Positions 17,539 through 27,600 of a DNA stretch of 64,000 nucleotides are shown here, piece by piece (within the stretch, counting starts at the first letter, position 1; every line of letters starts with the position of its first letter). The DNA comes from Candidatus Cloacimonadota bacterium (GTDB taxonomy: Bacteria; Cloacimonadota; Cloacimonadia; Cloacimonadales; Cloacimonadaceae): NCBI GenBank assembly GCA_035353255.1, contig DAOPZE010000001.1, forward strand, positions 3,309-67,308. The letters are read 5' to 3'. The notes beneath the pieces are model-generated. The model searched no databases, was not told the origin of the DNA, and was given only the letters and a program-made list of their open reading frames with translations. Made by a program: the position numbers and the translations under genes.

Positions 17539-19593
17539 TTATGCTTCTGAATCCTGCCAGGCGGCGACAACTTTGGCTGTAATGTCGTCCGGTACCTTCT
17601 CATAGTGTGAGAAGCTCTGGGTGAAACGTCCGCGACCCTGGGTAAAGGATTTGAGGGCAGGATAGTAGAAGTACATTTCAGCGACAGGCATTTGTGCCGT
17701 AAGATACTGTTTCTTCCCACGCTGTTCCATTCCCATGATCCTGCCACGACGGGTTGAGATATCTCCCATGACGTCGCCCATGTATTCGCTGGGAACAATG
17801 ATCACGATCTCATGAATAGGCTCAAGCAAGATGGGTTTGCATTTCTTGAATCCTTCCTTGAGTGCCATGGATGAAGCGATCTTGAACGCCATTTCTGAAG
17901 AGTCAACATCGTGATAGCTGCCATAGTAAACTTCAACAGAAACATCCACGACCTGATAACCAGCTATGATACCTTTTTCCAAAGTCTCGAGCAGTCCTTT
18001 CTCGATAGCAGGGATAAAGTTTGAAGGAATGACACCGCCAACGATAGCGTTGATGAACTGGAATCCTTCTCCTCGTTCAGTCGGCTTGATGCGGAAATAG
18101 ACTTCACCGTACTGACCGCGTCCACCGGATTGCTTTTTGTGACGGTACTGCGATTCAGCGGAACCCATGATCGTTTCTTTGTAAGGAATACGGGGTTCTT
18201 TCATGACGGCATCGACTTTATATCTGTTCTTCATCTTCTTCAAAACTAGGTTGAGCTGCTGCTCACCCATTCCGGAGATGACATTCTCATGAGTTTCTGC
18301 GTTCAGATCAAATCTGATGGTCGAGTCTTCGGCGATAACTCTTTGCAGGGCACTACCAATCTTATCTTCATCGGATTGATTTGTTGCCTTGATCATTTGC
18401 CAGTAAGTTGCTGTAGGCAATTCTACATGCTCAAGGGCAATGTGAGAATTGAGGGGTACCAGGGTATTCATAACTTTGGCATTCTTCAGCTTGACCATTG
18501 CGCCAATATCTCCGGCTTTGATCTCCTGAGTATCATTGCGATTCTTCCCAAGCATATAATAGATATTACCGGCTTTATCTTTGGCATCCTTTTCGGGGAT
18601 GAAGAATTCAGTTCCGGTCTTCAGAGTACCGGAGAAGACACGAACATAAGCAAAATCGCCCATGCTGGGGTCTGCGTAAAGTTTAAAGATGTAGCCCAGG
18701 ATATCACCATCAGGGCTGACCTTGAAAGTGGATTTCTGGTCATTGTCCAGGACTTCGAGGATCGGCACATCTGCCGGTGAAGGGAGATAGGAGATCACTC
18801 CATCCAAAAACGCTAAGACACCGGTTCCGGTTCCAGCCGAGCAGGCAAACGCGGGGACGATCTCGCCTGTTGAAATACCTTTCTTGAGACCTGGGATCAG
18901 CTTGGAATCAGGAAGCTCCATGTTTTCCAGGAACTCATTCAATAGTTCCTCATCGGTTTCAGCGACTGCTTCCATCAAGTGTAAACGGGCATCTTCGACT
19001 TGGCTTGCCATATCAGTAGGAACTTCTCCGATACCGCTCGGACGGATCGCCTTGTTGGTGATCACATCGACTACGCCTTCGAATCCGCCTTCTTTACCGA
19101 TCGGGATATGGATCTTAACCGGGTTAATACCTGTATTTTCGTGAATCGCTTCCAGCGTTTTATCATAATCCGCGTGTTCGTTATCCATGCGGTTGACCAC
19201 TATGACCTTACCGACTTTCCGGTTTTCGACCTGTTCCAGTGCGAGCTCGAGCCCGACTTCGAAACCACCGGTCGCATTGGCTACGATAACAGCGTTTTCG
19301 ACTGCCTGGATCGCAACTATAGCATCACCGATGAAATCAGGATTTCCGGGAGCATCGAGGATATTGATCTTGTGATCTTGGTAGTTTGTGAAGCCAATCG
19401 AAAGACCCAAGGACATGTTTTTGGCTGTCTCCTCTGGATCAAAATCCATCACGGTATTTCCTTCATCGACTTTACCGAGACGGTTAGTGGCTTTTGTCAG
19501 GAAGAAAATCTGCTCAGCCAGGCTTGTTTTTCCAGCGCCGCTGGAACCGAGTAAAAGAAGATTTCTGATCTTCTTCATGTCATAGTCTTTCAT
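17539..19593 (-). CDS. Elongation factor G-like translational GTPase (paralogue type)
   Basis: Five-domain EF-G layout with G1 as GSSGAGKTS, G3 DAPG and G4 NRMD. Start set at MKDYDMKKIRN (19593), which has GAGGA upstream. It is not in an rpsL-rpsG-fusA-tuf context. Confidence 0.85.
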   Translation of the reverse strand: MKDYDMKKIRNLLLLGSSGAGKTSLAEQIFFLTKATNRLGKVDEGNTVMDFDPEETAKNMSLGLSIGFTNYQDHKINILDAPGNPDFIGDAIVAIQAVENAVIVANATGGFEVGLELALEQVENRKVGKVIVVNRMDNEHADYDKTLEAIHENTGINPVKIHIPIGKEGGFEGVVDVITNKAIRPSGIGEVPTDMASQVEDARLHLMEAVAETDEELLNEFLENMELPDSKLIPGLKKGISTGEIVPAFACSAGTGTGVLAFLDGVISYLPSPADVPILEVLDNDQKSTFKVSPDGDILGYIFKLYADPSMGDFAYVRVFSGTLKTGTEFFIPEKDAKDKAGNIYYMLGKNRNDTQEIKAGDIGAMVKLKNAKVMNTLVPLNSHIALEHVELPTATYWQMIKATNQSDEDKIGSALQRVIAEDSTIRFDLNAETHENVISGMGEQQLNLVLKKMKNRYKVDAVMKEPRIPYKETIMGSAESQYRHKKQSGGRGQYGEVYFRIKPTERGEGFQFINAIVGGVIPSNFIPAIEKGLLETLEKGIIAGYQVVDVSVEVYYGSYHDVDSSEMAFKIASSMALKEGFKKCKPILLEPIHEIVIIVPSEYMGDVMGDISTRRGRIMGMEQRGKKQYLTAQMPVAEMYFYYPALKSFTQGRGRFTQSFSHYEKVPDDITAKVVAAWQDSEA

Positions 19594-19717
19594 ATCATTC
19601 CTCATGTTAATAATTACAGCTATCGAAAAAGATAGGTTGAGCAATGATTTTCATTGGCGTCGTCTTGTCAATGTCTTTTTATCCAGATTGTCTCTTGGAT
19701 CGCAGCTCTCCCCTTTT

Positions 19718-19774
19718 AGGATATGGTACGCTTCCCGTATGCCTCCCGTACGGTCACCGTACGATATCCGTATG
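19718..19774 (+). repeat. 11-bp-phased CCGTAYG array, copy R2 (five units)
   Basis: Sequence AGGATAT-GGTACG-cttc-CCGTATG-cctc-CCGTACG-gtca-CCGTACG-atat-CCGTATG. Cores start at 19724 (degenerate), 19735, 19746, 19757 and 19768. Confidence 0.9.
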
Positions 19775-19944
19775 ATCGATCGGCAGGCATTGCATCACCT
19801 TATTGTCACATTATAAGCACGTAAGCATTGGCAAGAAAGAACAATTCCAGGAACATTGGAGAAACTGAATAGAAACCTCAACCTTATTGATGTTTACGCT
19901 TCATCTGAGTCTCCACATTCAACGTGCCGAAGTTCATTATGAAT

Positions 19945-19974
19945 AACAAAAACGGACAAGCAAAGCTTGTCCGT
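19945..19974 (-). terminator. Rho-independent terminator after arcC
   Basis: On the minus strand: ACGGACAAGC, 3-nt loop, GCTTGTCCGT, then TTTTTG. The stems are at 19952-19961 and 19965-19974. Confidence 0.85.
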
Positions 19975-19999
19975 CTATCTATCGAATGTGGTAATATTT

Positions 20000-20947
20000 C
20001 TACTTTACAATACGTGTTCCAGTTTTTCCCGCGAATGCTTCAACAATGGCTTCCATGGAAGTGATCAGGACTTCTGAACCGCCTCTTTCGATAAAATCGA
20101 TAGCCGCCATGATCTTGGGGCCCATACTGCCAGCAGGGAATTGTTTATCATCATAGTGTTTACGAGCCTCATCGACAGTAAGTCTCTCCAGATCCTGCTG
20201 ATCAGGTTTGCCGAAATTGATAGAGACCTTTTCGACACCGGTCAGGATCACGAAAAGATCCGCTTTGATCTCAAGCGCAAGCAGCGCGGATGCGAAATCT
20301 TTATCGATCACAGCGTCAACGCCTTCATATGATCCGTCATCTTCTATATATATGGGTATCCCGCCGCCACCTGCAGCGATCGCAATGTTACCGCTATCGA
20401 CGATACTTTTAACGATTCCCGCGGGGATAATATCCTTGGGTAGGGGTGAAGGTACGACTCTTCGATATCCCTTTCCGGAGTCTTCCTTGAGAGTCCAGCC
20501 TAGATCCTGATGTAGCTGGTCTGCCTGTTCCCTCGTATAATAGGTGCTACCCACAAACTTTGTGGGGTTCAGCATCGAAGGATCATTCTTGTCAACCACG
20601 ACTTGAGAGATGATCGTGATCACGTCCTTGTTGATGCCGATCTTGCGTAAACGGTTTTGCAGGCTTTGCTCTATCATGTATCCCATGGTGCCCTCTGTCG
20701 CGGCATTGAGGACTCCAAGCGGGAGCGGAGCGATTCCTTCTTTCTCACCGGCTTCCTGCTGACGTAAAAGGTTTCCTACCTGCGGACCGTTACCATGAGT
20801 GATTGCCAGTGCGTAACCCTGGCTGATAAGTTCGACAACTCCACCAAGAGAATCACGGGTATTGGCGAACTGCTCGGTTATAGTGCCCTTTTGTCCGGCT
20901 TTTATGATAGCGTTTCCGCCTAGAGCCAGTACTGCTGTTTTCTTCAT
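20000..20947 (-). CDS. arcC: Carbamate kinase
   Basis: VLALGGNAI N-terminus, HGNGPQVG and AAGGGGIP blocks; 315 aa. Confidence 0.9.
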   Translation of the reverse strand: MKKTAVLALGGNAIIKAGQKGTITEQFANTRDSLGGVVELISQGYALAITHGNGPQVGNLLRQQEAGEKEGIAPLPLGVLNAATEGTMGYMIEQSLQNRLRKIGINKDVITIISQVVVDKNDPSMLNPTKFVGSTYYTREQADQLHQDLGWTLKEDSGKGYRRVVPSPLPKDIIPAGIVKSIVDSGNIAIAAGGGGIPIYIEDDGSYEGVDAVIDKDFASALLALEIKADLFVILTGVEKVSINFGKPDQQDLERLTVDEARKHYDDKQFPAGSMGPKIMAAIDFIERGGSEVLITSMEAIVEAFAGKTGTRIVK

Positions 20948-20978
20948 TGATTTGTCCTCTTAATGACTAAAGTCAAAG

Positions 20979-21000
20979 CCGGGGGTGGATTCACCCCCGG
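20979..21000. terminator. GC-rich hairpin between the cpgS-like gene and arcC
   Basis: CCGGGGGTG, 4-nt loop, CACCCCCGG. The T-run (TTTTG) is on the plus strand and only a weak CTTTGACTTT is on the minus (coding) strand, so termination efficiency for the minus-strand genes is uncertain. Confidence 0.4.
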
Positions 21001-21030
21001 TTTTGTTCTAATTATATGACTTTGAGTATA

Positions 21031-22404
21031 TTACTTCTTTTTAGGTGCAGCTTTTTTAGGGGCTGTCTTCTTAGCGGCTTTCTTGGTGGCAAATCCACTT
21101 AGAACTTCCGCAACGGTCGGAACACCAATTTCCTGGAGCTCGTAAGAAACCTGGCAAGCGGGTTTCTTAATCTTTACGATACGACGAAGATCGATAGGAG
21201 TGGCGATAACCACTGAATCACATTCGGTATCATTGATGGTCTTTTCCAGGTCTTTGATCTGCTTTGCGCTATAGCCCATCGCGGGAAGCAGGATGCCGAT
21301 ATCAGGATATTTCTTGTAAGTATAGGCGATCTCGCCAACTGCCCATGGACGAGGATCCACGAATTCGGCAGCGCCGTATTTCTCGGCAGCGACCATACCG
21401 GCTCCAAAGGTCATCTCACCGTGTGTGAGGGTGGGACCATCTTCGACGACAAGGACGTTCTTGCCCATAATAAGTTCAGGTTTATCTACGAAGAGCGGAG
21501 AAGCAGCTTCGATGATCTTGGCTGTGGGATTGATCGCGCGAACGTTGGCACGAACTTCATTGATATCGTCCAGATCGGCGCTATCGATCTTGTTGATAAC
21601 GATAACGTCTGCCATATGAACGTTGGTTTCACCGGGATAATAGGTCACTTCGTCGCCGGGGCGATGAGGATCGACAACAACGATGCGAACCATTTCGTCT
21701 GAGCAATAGAAAGGAATATCATTATTTCCGCCGTCCCAGATGATGACGTCGGCTTCTTTCTCTGCTTCGCGAACGATTGCTTCGTAATCGACGCCGGCAT
21801 AGATCACACTGCCCATGGCAATATGGGGCTCATATTCTTCCATTTCTTCGATGGTGCATTTATGTTTCTTAAGATCGCTGAGTTCGGCATAGCGCTGTAC
21901 TTTCTGGGCGACAAGATCACCATAAGGCATGGGGTGACGGATGGAGACAACTTTCAGTCCGCGTTCCTTGAGGGCTTTTACGACTGCACGGGTTGTCTGT
22001 GACTTACCACAACCGGTACGGGCAGCGCAAATTGTCACCAGAGGTTTGGTGGTCTTGATGGTGGTATTGTCTGCGCCCATGAGCATGAAATCGGCACCAA
22101 TGGCGTTTACCAGAGCGGCTTTGTGCATAACCACTTCATAAGGAAGATCGCTGTAAGCAAGAACAACGAGATCTACGTTGTTTTTCTTGATCAAGGTTTT
22201 CAGCTCGCTTTCGGGTTTGATCTCAATGCCTTTCGGATAGAGCTTCCCAGCCAATGCGGCAGGATATTTCTTATCGTCGATACCAGGAATCTGAGTGGCT
22301 GTAAATGCTACTACCTCATAATCCTTATTATCGCGGAAAAAGACGTTGAAATTGTGGAAATCACGTCCCGCGGCACCCATGATAATTACCTTGCGTTTCA
22401 TCAT
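21031..22404 (-). CDS. P-loop protein of the cyclic 2,3-diphosphoglycerate-synthetase-like (cpgS/GTPase-annotated) family with Lys/Ala/Pro-rich C-terminal tail
   Basis: Rossmann-like N-terminus VIIMGAAGRDFHNFN and P-loop ARTGCGKSQT. The family assignment is from memory of similar arcC-linked proteins. The tail is ATKKAAKKTAPKKAAPKKK. Confidence 0.5.
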   Translation of the reverse strand: MMKRKVIIMGAAGRDFHNFNVFFRDNKDYEVVAFTATQIPGIDDKKYPAALAGKLYPKGIEIKPESELKTLIKKNNVDLVVLAYSDLPYEVVMHKAALVNAIGADFMLMGADNTTIKTTKPLVTICAARTGCGKSQTTRAVVKALKERGLKVVSIRHPMPYGDLVAQKVQRYAELSDLKKHKCTIEEMEEYEPHIAMGSVIYAGVDYEAIVREAEKEADVIIWDGGNNDIPFYCSDEMVRIVVVDPHRPGDEVTYYPGETNVHMADVIVINKIDSADLDDINEVRANVRAINPTAKIIEAASPLFVDKPELIMGKNVLVVEDGPTLTHGEMTFGAGMVAAEKYGAAEFVDPRPWAVGEIAYTYKKYPDIGILLPAMGYSAKQIKDLEKTINDTECDSVVIATPIDLRRIVKIKKPACQVSYELQEIGVPTVAEVLSGFATKKAAKKTAPKKAAPKKK

Positions 22405-22636
22405 AACTCCTTTTGTTGGATGTATATTTCTATTGTGAAGTCAGTTTAAATATCGTGCTTTATCGTCAAGGAAAAGTTTAATCGCTCACAAATTGACAGC
22501 TTGTGGAACTCGTGTATTCTATCGATTAGTTCATATAGAAAGCACATCCGTACCTGTTGTATAATTCAGCCTTGACACATATACATAAGCGATATTCATA
22601 GATCTTGATCAAAAATACTAGAACAAGGAATGACTC

Positions 22637-23173
22637 ATGAGATATGTATCAATTGTGGGAGTTATCCTGCTCACCATGTTGTTCTTACCACTTAGCGGTG
22701 AAACTTGGAAATCTGCAACAGCTTTGGCTGGTAAGGTTAGTTTGGAGTACCCGATGAGCTGGGTTGTTGACATGAATACGGATACGGAGTTCGATGTCTC
22801 CAATCATGACGAAGAGGCACTTTTCACTGAAGCGCTCTCACTTTCATATGAGAGTATTTCAGAAGAAGACAGCAAACTCAGTCTTGACCAGTTTGTGGAT
22901 GATTCCGTTGCCAATATGACCCGCATACTTGCCGGTAACGTTGATGACAGCAGCCATGTCGATGGACGCACAACGATCAAATCTGGCAAAAATGATGTTT
23001 GTCTATTGGACCTATCCTTGAAACTTCAGGGAGTATATCATCTCAAAGCCGGAATGCTCATCTGCAAGCTGGAGAATAAGGTTATTTTCGGTCTTTTGAC
23101 CTATGATGCTGATAAGGCGGAGATTAACAGCGAAACATTCAAACGCTTGATGGGCAGCATCACAATAAATTGA
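22637..23173 (+). CDS. Hypothetical secreted protein (signal peptide; possibly PsbP/DcrB-like fold)
   Basis: N-terminal hydrophobic signal sequence and an acidic mature part. The LEYPMSW motif is reminiscent of DUF1795/PsbP-type proteins, but this is weak. Confidence 0.45.
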   Translation: MRYVSIVGVILLTMLFLPLSGETWKSATALAGKVSLEYPMSWVVDMNTDTEFDVSNHDEEALFTEALSLSYESISEEDSKLSLDQFVDDSVANMTRILAGNVDDSSHVDGRTTIKSGKNDVCLLDLSLKLQGVYHLKAGMLICKLENKVIFGLLTYDADKAEINSETFKRLMGSITIN

Positions 23174-23255
23174 GATATTTCCACGCTCAAGCCTTTCTAA
23201 ATGGTCTTTTTTTCTTGACACGGTACAGGTGATTTTAAACCTTGTCAAAATGCGT

Positions 23256-23342
23256 GCCGAAGTGGTGAAATTGGTAGACGCAGTGGACTCAAAATCCACC
23301 GGGCATTAGCCCATGCCGGTTCGATTCCGGCCTTCGGCACCA
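23256..23342 (+). tRNA. tRNA-Leu (anticodon CAA), CCA encoded
   Basis: Acceptor stem GCCGAAG/CTTCGGC, anticodon stem GTGGA/TCCAC with loop CTCAAAA, long variable arm (class II), T-arm GGTTCGATTCC and 3' ACCA. Confidence 0.93.
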
Positions 23343-23473
23343 ACTAATTCAAGGAGAACATGGTAGTTTTTGCTCGTCAAGGCTAGTCTTTTGCCCCAAT
23401 CCCGAATAGTGTGAACAATTGGCTTGGTTTTTACTCTGACAAGTTTAGATTGTATAAGTTAAATATAGTAATC

Positions 23474-23489
23474 TGGCAGGATTATTGCA
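23474..23489 (+). promoter_or_regulatory. Sigma-54 (-24/-12) promoter candidate for the PorV-like gene
   Basis: TGGCAGgattaTTGCA against consensus TGGCAC-N5-TTGCW, with correct GG/GC spacing and one mismatch. It lies 35 nt upstream of ATG 23525, and the GGAGG RBS is in between. Confidence 0.55.
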
Positions 23490-23524
23490 AAGCCTGCTGT
23501 ATCACAGAATGTTGTGGAGGAAAA

Positions 23525-24562
23525 ATGCTCAGACATCCTTTCGTACTTACAGCTATGATTATGCTGGTAACCTTGATCGCTCCCTTAAGTCTTATGGGGA
23601 TATCTCAGGGTTCGCTCTTATATCTTACATTTGAGCCAGGTGCCAGGGCTAACGGCATGGCTCGCGCTTATACAGCCGTTGTGGATGATGCTTTTGCTGG
23701 TTGGTGGAATCCTGGCGCTATGGCTTTTAACCGCAAGAATCAGCTTGCCGGCACACACATGCCATGGCTGCAAACCACTGGTATAAATGATATGTATCAT
23801 GAATATCTGGCTTGGAATACATACTTCGACGGAATCGGTAATCTCGGTGCAAATATCGTTATGATGGACGCCGGTACTCAGATGGAAATGGATGAATTCG
23901 GTAATCCTTTGGGTGAGTTCCATACCTTCGAATTGGCTTTTGCCGGTTCTTATGGTTATGAAGTGGTTCCCGAAAAGATAGGTTTGGGAGCAAACTTCAA
24001 GCTTATCTATAGTAATCTTGGACCCGGACAAGGTAATACTGATACTGAGGGTAAGACCTTTGGTTTTGCCTTTGACATAGGTTCGAAATTCCAGGATGTA
24101 CTAGGAGTCAAGGGGCTTGACGCTGCGGCTGTTCTGCAGAACATAGGTCCCGATGTGACGTACGTTAATCAATCTCAAGCCGATCCTCTCCCTATGACCT
24201 TGAGAGTAGGTGCTGCCTACAGCATCTTTGACAATCCGATGAACTCCATGGTCGTCTCAGCTGAGGCAAGCAAGTTCCTCGCGAATGACGACCCTCTCTG
24301 GCAGAGGTTTATCACTGGTTTTGAACATCCTGAAGAGACGATCGTCTCCGCCGGAGCAGAATACACCTATCTCGATCTTATTTCACTCAGAGGCGGATAC
24401 TATTATGACAACGCCGGCAAGATCACTGGTCCTGGATTTGGTGTTGGTTTCCAGTACAGCTTCAACCAGAAGTATAAACTCAACGCTGACTTTGGTATGA
24501 TCTGGGGTGGCGAGCTTATCAACGATTATAATAAGGTCTTTTCTCTGGGATTTGAGTTCTAA
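23525..24562 (+). CDS. PorV/PorQ-superfamily outer-membrane beta-barrel protein
   Basis: Signal peptide from MLRHPFVLTAMIMLVTLIAPLSL. The block GARANGMARAYTAVVDDAFAGWWNPGAMAF resembles the N-terminal signature of PorV/PorQ/PorP-type T9SS OMPs. The sequence has an alternating beta pattern and ends in LGFEF. Start moved from 23411 to 23525 (GGAGG RBS). Confidence 0.55.
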   Translation: MLRHPFVLTAMIMLVTLIAPLSLMGISQGSLLYLTFEPGARANGMARAYTAVVDDAFAGWWNPGAMAFNRKNQLAGTHMPWLQTTGINDMYHEYLAWNTYFDGIGNLGANIVMMDAGTQMEMDEFGNPLGEFHTFELAFAGSYGYEVVPEKIGLGANFKLIYSNLGPGQGNTDTEGKTFGFAFDIGSKFQDVLGVKGLDAAAVLQNIGPDVTYVNQSQADPLPMTLRVGAAYSIFDNPMNSMVVSAEASKFLANDDPLWQRFITGFEHPEETIVSAGAEYTYLDLISLRGGYYYDNAGKITGPGFGVGFQYSFNQKYKLNADFGMIWGGELINDYNKVFSLGFEF

Positions 24563-24650
24563 ATCTCTAAAGATATCTTGATTGATAGCTGTGGGTCATT
24601 TGCTCGTTCGTGTTATCTATGAAAAGGCAGGTGACCCCTTTTCTTTTTCT

Positions 24651-27600
24651 ATGAGAAGAATCACCATCGTTCTTGCTTTCAGTATGCTGCTTATATCCAG
24701 TATGCTTTCAGCTAAGACTATGTCATTAAAGAAGTATGTCGTTCCGAACCATATTAAACAGCATCCATACATAAGCCTGCTTTCCGCGAATTCTGCATCT
24801 CCAAGCACGCATACAGACACCAAGGATCCGCGCTACAGCAAGTTGCTTGTGCTCTTGGTTGACTTTACAGAAGAGACTCCGGATGATCCCCTTACGACAG
24901 GCAACGGAAAGTTTCAGTTAGAGCCGGACATAAACTACTTGTACTCCATAGCGTCACCCCCGCACAACAGGCAGTACTATCAAGCCAACATGGAAGCTCT
25001 CAGGTACTACTACAAAGCAGTTTCCAATGGATCCTACAGCCTCGAATACGACGTTTATCCCACTAACCAGCAAGCTTACACACTCCCCCATCCGATGGGC
25101 TATTACAATCCTCCCGGTGCCTCGAGCGAGTTATTTGTCTCACGCATGGAGGAGTACTTCAAAACTGCTATTGAATTAGCAGACCAGACTGATCCAAATA
25201 TAAACTTTTCTCAGTATGGACACTTCATGATAATCCATGCCGGTTCTGACTGGCAGCATGATATCAACGCGGACAGTCCCTCCGATCTGCCATCTTTCTA
25301 CATTAGAGTCACACCAGGCAAGGAAGCAGTTGTCGATAATGGCTCAGTCAGGATATACAATGCCTGTAACGTCCCGTCAACTATATCCCAGGACTTCAGC
25401 GAACAGAACAGCGATGGAACCATATACAGAAGCGGTTATGGAGCTTTGAATTCAGTTCTTGCTCATGAGTTTGGTCACTCTCTTGGTTTAGTGGACCTGT
25501 ATAATACTAGAACATACCAGCCTATGGTTGGCGTATTTGATATTATGGATTCAGGCGGATCAGGAGTCATGGTGGACGGTCCTCTTCAGGATGGTTCCTA
25601 TGTGATGGTCGAAGGGATACTCCCCGCGCTTCCGGGAGCGTTCTCACGAGTTCTGCTCTTTGGTGATTACTATAAGGAACAAGGACTATTAAAAGAAGCG
25701 CAGTTCGTAAGTCAATCAGACAGTCTCAGGTTATGCGCGACAAGCAAGCGACAGACAGGGAATACGTTCATACCTCATACTTTGAAGATTCCGCTTTCTG
25801 ACACGGAATACGTTTTACTCGAAAACCGCTCTGTTGATCCTGATGGTGACGGCGCGACAGCCGTATTCAGCGATCTGGACGGACGTGTGATCCTCTACCC
25901 TACTGCCGCAGGAGATCCCACAAACACACCAACTTACGAGTATGATTATCTGCTTCCCTCATTCCTCCGTGCTGATGGTTCGTCCGTTGGCGGTGGAATA
26001 CTGGCTTGGCACGTAAACGAAGATATCATCTACAATGAAGGTGTGACTTATTCAGGTGGGGAGTGGGTCAGCAATTTTGATAACAACACCGTAAACAATG
26101 CTCTTTCGCATCGTGGAGTAAGAGTCATAGAAGCTGACGGCTTGGATGACATCGGCAACGAATATTCCTGGTACTGGGCTGGAACTCAGTATGAATATTT
26201 CCACAAGACGAAACCAACTCTAGGCAATAATGGTGAGTTCATAAACTGGTCTCTCGATCCCTGGCGTCCCAGGCTTTCATCTTCGACAACTCCTTCTCTC
26301 ACTGATGACGGTGGGCACGGTTCTCTCTACTGGATAGACAAGATCAGCAATCCCCAAGCAGTCATGAATCTCTGGATCAATAGCGGTTTCTTCGATAAAA
26401 GTCAAGCTATAGCATTCGGAGACACGAATTTTATCACAACTAAGCCTATTAACTCCAGCTTTCTGAATGAGGATAACATACCTGTTCTCTTGCCGGGAAA
26501 GATAGCGCTGCTAAGCCAGCATATTACTGCCTCAGATACGACCTGGGTCAATAACCTTGGCTTGTTTGACATGGCAGGTTCTCTTCCTGTACTCAGAACC
26601 ATAACATCTGATCAGAATGGCAATGGTTTCCGTGAACTGGTCATAGCTCAGAATGATACTCTCAGTTTATTGGAGTTTGCCAACGATACTCTGGACCAGC
26701 AGATGATAAGCCTACCAGAATCCATATCCAGCCCCCCCCTTGCCAAAAGCTACATATACGAATTCACCAAGGACTCAAACTCTATCCTCTTTGCACCTAC
26801 ACCAAACGCTCTATATACAATAGACGGAACAAGTGTTGCCAATATTGCTACAGAGCTACCCGGAGTCACCAATATCGCAGCTTGTAACTCCGGTATAGTA
26901 ACCGTACGTCCAAACTACTTTGACCTCATGCTATTGTTCCCTACAGGAGAAACCTACAGCATTCCCAATGAAACCTTCGGCAATTATGAACCTGTTTTCT
27001 ACAAGAGCACAGATAGCGACAACTCCAATCTGTTTTTGATGTCCAACACCGGAAACATATATACCTGGAATGGCAGAGAAGGTAGACAAAAGATATTCAC
27101 CAATACAACCGGAACACTCCCCACCCAAATGGGACTAAGTCTTTTGGGCAACCAAAGCCCTGTGCTATTCTTTGGCTTAGGCTCAAAGCTATATGTGGTT
27201 AGAACTGACGGTTCCTTCATGAGCGGCTACCCCGTATCAATCTATCCGGATATCGCGCAACCAGCCATGGAAGTACGATCTCTGCTACTTCACGATGAGA
27301 CATATTTCTATCTTCCCATAGAAGGAAGAGGCCATCTGGCTATCAATTCTCAGGCTCAGATCTCCCCCCAATACAGTTTGTTTAGAAACTCTGCCTCAAA
27401 GCAAGATTATCTTTGGTGGCAGGATAGCACAAACACTCTGTACTGGTACTATCCTGATGAAAATGGTAATCTGATCATCAACAGTCTGGACGATCAACAA
27501 GGTAATCCAATACTCTGGAGTGGTTTCAGGAACGGAGCAAGTGGTGAGTTTGTCTCAGTCTTTTCCGATGATAGTCCAGTACTGGAAAAATCAGCATATA

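Noticed and set aside
19604-19816. A 70-aa ORF spanning repeat R2 (and a similar small ORF, 17466..17798, across the EF-G 3' end and terminator).
   Set aside because: The reading frame is created by the repeat/terminator sequence itself. There is no RBS and no conservation signal.
22548-22554. A solitary CCGTACC in the 22405-22636 gap, considered as a possible sixth repeat copy.
   Set aside because: A single 6-7-mer is expected many times by chance. It has no phased neighbours and no conserved spacers.
22492-22600. Sigma-70-like TTGACA hexamers (22492, about 22574, 23215, 30568 and 57759), considered as promoters.
   Set aside because: No acceptable -10 hexamer sits at 16-18 bp spacing in any case, so I could not support promoter calls.
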